Shown here in pieces: positions 62,201-64,000 of a stretch of DNA of 64,000 nucleotides (positions are counted from its first letter, which is position 1; each line of letters opens with the position of its first letter). The notes below the pieces were generated by a model, which worked only from the letters and a program-made list of their open reading frames with translations, was not told the origin of the DNA and made no database searches. The stretch covers positions 10,168,001-10,232,000 of the forward strand of contig OZ281498.1 in the NCBI GenBank assembly GCA_965637545.1, given 5' to 3'. The position numbers and the translations under genes were made by a program. Origin of the DNA: Phallusia mammillata. Lineage: Eukaryota.

Positions 62201-63932
62201 ATTCGACTTTCGACAGGATCAGTATTGAGCCTATTTAGCGGTGTTTGTAGCGGGTGAGGTTCGAAATGGCTTCCGTCGTGGGTTTGAATCCAACCGCAGG
62301 TTAGATTTTTTTAGCCTGTGTATTACCATGTGGAAATGCTTGGGACACCGGTTTGACCGGTTAATGACGCCTTCAGGCGGGGTTTTGAGTGAGCTGTAAA
62401 GGTGATTAGACATTGTACCAACCTTTCGGACATTCCATGTGATAAAACTTCAAAGGATTGTTGCCACCTGGTACTTCGTTTCTTGACCATATCTCATGCA
62501 TGCTCGTTGGAAGAGCGAGAGGTTGACCTACCACTGGCCTGCGAATTAAATGTCAAAGTGATTACGTTGTGCCAGCTAGTAATTTACCATAGCAAAGGGG
62601 TTTCTAACCAGAAGTACTCTTTGGGATACAATGCACACGATCAGAAATGCGAGATATAAGGTGAAAATAATGGCTTTTTCCGGCCAATTCGTGAAAAGTT
62701 AGTTTGACTGGCAAAAAATCAATTTATGTCCGGCACACCACACATGCAATAAGAAATATATTGGCGATAATGGACAAAATAAAGTATTTATCGTTCTATG
62801 CGCAATATTACAGATTGTAGACAAAATATCGTGATATTTGCATGATAAAGCAATAAAACAAATGATCACCAAACGCGCTAAAAACATTGCCCTATTTAAT
62901 TGCAGTTCTATCATCACTTAAAGTAAAATACATTAACTTTTTTTTCAATTATTCGCGCTTACTTTGCTAGTACAACCGACAAAAAAGAGACGTTGCTGGA
63001 CGAATTGACAACTCCGATTTGACCAAGTGGAAAGTATCCACTGAGATTAGAAACTTCGGAAGGCACAGAAAGAAATTGATTCCGACCTTCTTGAAATACA
63101 ACAGCGGAAGTCACCGGGACGTCAATCACTTTGACATTCATCTCAAGCCTGGTGTCCGAGGTCTTCAGTAACTCTCCTTTAGGACAAAGCGTGGTTGAGC
63201 TTCTCGTGATTAAATTAAGATTTGTGAAGTTTATGAATATAAACTACATAGTAAACCATTGTACATGAATTTAATATTGGGATCACGCCCAATAAAGGGG
63301 TTGTACCGAATCAGCCGGTTACCGAGCATTTCCAAGCATTTACAAGTGTGCCGTTATCGTTGGTGTGCATAGGAGCTTCAGGGCCAATCCAAGTACATTT
63401 ATGTTCATTTAACTGATTTGTATAAATATAAAACAATTTTGACCAGCGTTTTCCAATCATGGTTCCCCTCAACTTTCACTTTGCGTTTAAGGCAGGGGTT
63501 CCCAACCTGTGGTACGCATACCACTAGTGGTACGCGAAGGTTTTTCAGGTGGTACTCGAGTAGCTTCCGTTTTTTTCACAAACACCTGGATTCACAACTT
63601 TATCATTTATTTATCTGGTTTTGTAGACCAATTGGTGGAGAGGTAAACAAAAATCTCATTAAATTTGGTTGTGGTGCTTTAGTGTTATTTTACGAGGCCA
63701 ATATACGCGTGGCAGCACAGAGCGTCCAAGTGGTACGAGATCGAAATAAGGTTGGCAAGAACAAGTAATATAAGCTGGCAAGAGTGCAAGAGTCTGTAGG
63801 GCGAGCAAAGCTAAACAAAGGCGTTTGTTTACTCAAGATTCTTGAATTTGATTCGTTGACGTTGTATCGGTGATAGAACTAACTCTCCATACGTGAGAAA
63901 GATATAGTATATGTTTTGTGGCGCAGAGGATC
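27321..63932 (-). CDS. Giant multi-exon single-pass membrane receptor-like protein (10x Vps62/DUF946-like, 6x PAN/Apple, WSC, mucin linker, TM, long disordered tail); 5'-incomplete
   Basis: Hand-threaded exons (minus strand, high to low): 63932-63833 (weak acceptor), 63202-62963, 62538-62423, 61989-61881, 61155-60995, 60767-60539, 60112-59870, 59609-59464, 59393-59304, 59237-59158, 58736-58568, 58212-58132, 58050-57880, 57709-57508, 56953-56729, 56328-56198, 55764-55548, 54938-54678, 53989-53808, 53652-53086, 52534-52431, 52073-51923, 51399-51325, 51246-51067, 50538-50331, 50180-50078, 49908-49802, 49625-49528, 49461-49254, 48125-47996, 47914-47790, 47279-47089, 46661-46457, 45827-45567, 44954-44797, 44290-44077, 43702-43499, 43080-42956, 42596-42426, 42239-42136, 41682-41508, 41251-41124, 40597-40462, 40188-40105, 40020-39823, 39536-39429, 38985-38877, 38426-38316, 37862-37740, 36654-36500, 36168-36034, 35508-35367, 34771-34523, 34136-33973, 33617-33462, 33127-33034, 32728-32652, 32296-27321 (stop). 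All phases match with no internal stop; sum 14,162 nt. Many NxS/T sequons before the single TM segment. Confidence 0.88.
28145..28235 (-). repeat. Coding 24-nt repeat, ANLSSTGS-like x4
   Basis: TANLSSTGSANLSSTGLAKLSSAGSANLASSG. Confidence 0.8.
28810..30710 (-). repeat. Coding tandem repeat, ~210-aa unit, about 3 copies
   Basis: Homologous positions at 30417, 29778 and 29151 (periods 639 and 627 nt, both multiples of 3); unit includes HTHSxTYNQI...GENNTLNLNQTLGSHHI...KNNVPxQxSQESFQNN...FPSQSQEL. Confidence 0.9.
31292..31415 (-). repeat. Coding 21-nt repeat, SQTHG(Y/S)Q x6
   Basis: Plus-strand unit CCATGTGTTTGACTCTGA(T/G)AC repeated. Confidence 0.9.
33034..33127 (-). CDS. Transmembrane exon of the giant receptor
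   Basis: SCEILSPFMIAFILALIALIIVTAILIYTCHK, then basic stop-transfer exon 32728-32652 RRKARLRASSKK; consensus TTTTCAG acceptor and GTAAGT donor. Confidence 0.9.
33973..39536 (-). CDS. Vps62/DUF946-like modules 9 and 10 (9 exons)
   Basis: LGQVGQS...YEQIWP...RFWKMN|CPVDYRSLGDVSSPGQSPPSGKYKCIHKG...LWSKQ...ISVWSI...YFVV...VYEL; WKVFGQ...FRCPPQHKGLGQI...YVCVHDAF. Confidence 0.82.
38002..38125. mobile_element. Third, shorter copy of the TA-MITE family
   Basis: ATGCAGACATTGCACACTG ... CAGTGTGTATTGTCTGCAT; a one-ended relative lies at ~36200-36303. Confidence 0.65.
39823..40188 (-). CDS. PAN/Apple domain 6 (2 exons)
   Basis: LCIIGR...Q|GSLSLPECHSTCSAKPLEQCWIWAFNVTECVHI...VGFAKC. Confidence 0.75.
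40462..41251 (-). CDS. WSC domain (2 exons)
   Basis: YLGCYED...MKTGATIDTCLSSCSDAGYPFAGLQ|DRDECRCG...SSCFYRC...QTCGGDSALSVH; canonical WSC cysteine pattern. Confidence 0.92.
41508..42239 (-). CDS. PAN/Apple domain 5 (2 exons)
   Basis: CFSKRDVILRG...DLIKCQ|IYCQMNIDCFAWSFSINNNDDANCYYV...TKSC. Confidence 0.8.
42956..50538 (-). CDS. Vps62/DUF946-like modules 5-8 (14 exons)
   Basis: VWSLICPTGYK|ALGSF...RCVHNSY; FWNLQ|CPAAYHALGDVVL...YVCVHEEF; SMWEPVDPNNEFYVIGH...LWHMNCPEGFVTLGD...RCISKEF; FWQAEPMEGYKIIGQV...FWKIKCPKNYQALSDF...ACVHEDF. Confidence 0.85.
43132..43480. mobile_element. Non-autonomous hAT-type MITE
   Basis: TIRs CAGTGGTTCCCAACC / GGTTGGGAACCACTG; 8-bp TSD TACTAAAC on both sides; subterminal GGGGGGCCAC repeats. 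Confidence 0.92.
45020..45292. mobile_element. Degenerate hAT-type MITE
   Basis: CAGTAGTTCTTAACC ... GGTTGTGGACCGCTG; eroded TSD TAACAGAA / TACCAAAA. Confidence 0.5.
45904..46103. mobile_element. MITE with TA TSD (Tc1/mariner-like), ~25-bp TIR
   Basis: TA|AGCTGCAGATAGTGCACACTGTTT ... AAACAGTGTGTACTGTCTGCAGCT|TA. Confidence 0.8.
48321..49057. mobile_element. Non-autonomous hAT-like element with TAG(A/G)GTTTCT termini
   Basis: TAGAGTTTCT ... AGAAACCCTA; 8-bp TSD CCACAGAC at 48313-48320 and 49058-49065; subterminal TCCCGG(G)A motifs at both ends. Confidence 0.85.
48632..48780 (+). mobile_element. tRNA-derived SINE-like sequence nested in the hAT element
   Basis: A-box-like GACCGAGTGGTTA (48636) and B-box-like GGGTTCTAATCC (48679), followed by TCCCTGGGCAAAAACTT. 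Confidence 0.55.
51067..52534 (-). CDS. Tandem PAN/Apple domains 3 and 4 (4 exons)
   Basis: SRSLEHCR|DSCLIDFTCLSWSREFGSSGNCYHV and CVIP...SNVECRRLCGKSKTCLLWSFSSGQCSQV...GFGVC. Confidence 0.8.
52620..52920 (-). repeat. Dispersed repeat family with an internal B-box (SINE-like), copy 1
   Basis: Minus strand GGCTGATCCCAGTTATGAA...TGCTTGTGATTCAACTTTCG...TGAGCCTAT...GTGGGTTCGAATCCCACCACAGGCTAGATT; aligns to 62095-62385(+). Confidence 0.65.
53086..53652 (-). CDS. Thr-rich mucin-like linker exon with 15-aa tandem repeat
   Basis: PTTSTPV(V/A)TT(RK/KQ)TT(T/A) x7 (45-nt unit); phase 1-1 exon with TTTTAG acceptor and GTAAGA donor. Confidence 0.85.
53808..57709 (-). CDS. Vps62/DUF946-like modules 3 and 4 (6 exons)
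   Basis: NGYYMVGVAG...HMWKVICPNGFSTIGPLTTSELNPPDTAKIRCISNEF; DLWKPVLLPDGWKGLGEM...TFYKLDCPHSYVALSDV...FSCVHRVF. Confidence 0.82.
55216..55540. repeat. Intronic ~167-bp tandem duplication
   Basis: GTTGATGAAACTCAACATGCAAGA...GTTGAACCAGCTTCATTTATA...AACACATAA occurs twice (55216 and 55383). Confidence 0.85.
56418..56582. mobile_element. Second copy of the TA-MITE family
   Basis: GCTGCAGACAGTACACACTGTT ... AACAGTGTGCACTGTATGCAGC. Confidence 0.75.
57880..59393 (-). CDS. Tandem PAN/Apple domains 1 and 2 (5 exons)
   Basis: LLVGQQVPKTTDLLECR|DTCFGSCVAASF...ICYHTS and CSFLP...EGSCSQSCKENVATCALWSVNSTHCMTV...GFSTC: CxxxC...C-x-x-(F/W)-(S/T)...C core of PAN. Confidence 0.75.
59464..60767 (-). CDS. Vps62/DUF946-like module 2 (3 exons)
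   Basis: SGYFRIGQVA...RNIQGDGLSYPT...SFWKLECKSGYHAIGDVVTTTRNPPNLRDYACVNRKHL...MNFFIA...LYVL. Confidence 0.82.
60995..63202 (-). CDS. Vps62/DUF946-like module 1 (4 exons)
   Basis: SGYFPLGQIG...LALPTSMHEIW...KFYHMECPK|GYSSLGDVGTTSKTKPNGYRCVHNDF...VSVWSTKP...FNFFKA; fits W-x-x-x-(C/P)P-x-GY-x-ALGD...P...CV pattern. Confidence 0.8.
61193..61362. repeat. Intronic 32-bp minisatellite, ~5.3 copies
   Basis: Unit GTCAGTTAAAGTTGTTTCCGGTTAAATTTCTG, near-identical copies. Confidence 0.95.
62095..62385 (+). repeat. Same B-box repeat family, copy 2 (fragments also at 58803-58900 and 58955-59015, minus)
   Basis: GGCTGATTCCACTTATGAA...TGCTTGTAATTCGACTTTCG...TGAGCCTAT...GTGGGTTTGAATCCAACCGCAGGTTAGATT. Confidence 0.65.
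63493..63765. mobile_element. Degenerate hAT-type MITE
   Basis: Left end CAGGGGTTCCCAACCTGTGGTACG, internal GTGGTAC repeats, eroded right end AAGGTTGGCAAG; no clear TSD. Confidence 0.5.
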
Positions 63933-64000
63933 CTCAAGAAGTGTATTTTTTAAAGTGTTACGTAAGGGTTAAAAAACGTTGAATTAAAAACGCCATGCCC

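Noticed and set aside
62231-62422. Apparent frameshift after CPKG (CPKGWYNV* versus MSNHLYSSLKTPPE in another frame)
   Set aside because: A phase-1 intron (G/GTTGGT at 62422) joins to exon 61989-61881 GYSSLGDV, restoring the conserved module; the downstream ORF is intronic and overlaps a repeat

Overview
AT-rich, intron-rich metazoan genomic DNA. An ascidian-like marine invertebrate is my guess from composition and gene style only. No CRISPR, rRNA or intact tRNA was found. (1) The upper 36.6 kb (27321-63932, minus strand) is one giant gene that the ORF track only shows as fragments. I threaded 58 exons by hand; every junction is GT-AG (one GC-AG) with matching reading phase, giving about 14.16 kb of CDS (~4,720 aa). 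The N-terminus lies beyond the window. The predicted product is a single-pass type I membrane protein with 10 Vps62/DUF946-like modules, 6 PAN/Apple domains, a WSC domain and a Thr-rich mucin-like linker. These are followed by one TM helix and a ~1,690-aa low-complexity cytoplasmic tail with ITIM-like, YxxM and PxxP motifs, almost all in one 4,976-bp exon. I do not recognise this architecture. (2) A second minus-strand gene (~3475-17541, at least 2,400 aa) encodes an RS/Lys/Ser-rich, probably nuclear protein of unknown function. (3) One of its introns holds an intact full-length Ingi/Vingi-like non-LTR retrotransposon (7432-10680). It has an 11-12 bp TSD, a single APE-RT-CCHC ORF, and a 5' end that is exactly the first nucleotide of an HDV-like double-pseudoknot ribozyme. 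(4) Introns also carry hAT and TA-TSD MITEs, Helentron/HINE-like elements, B-box repeats and minisatellites. Domain names are motif-based calls made by eye; no database search was run.
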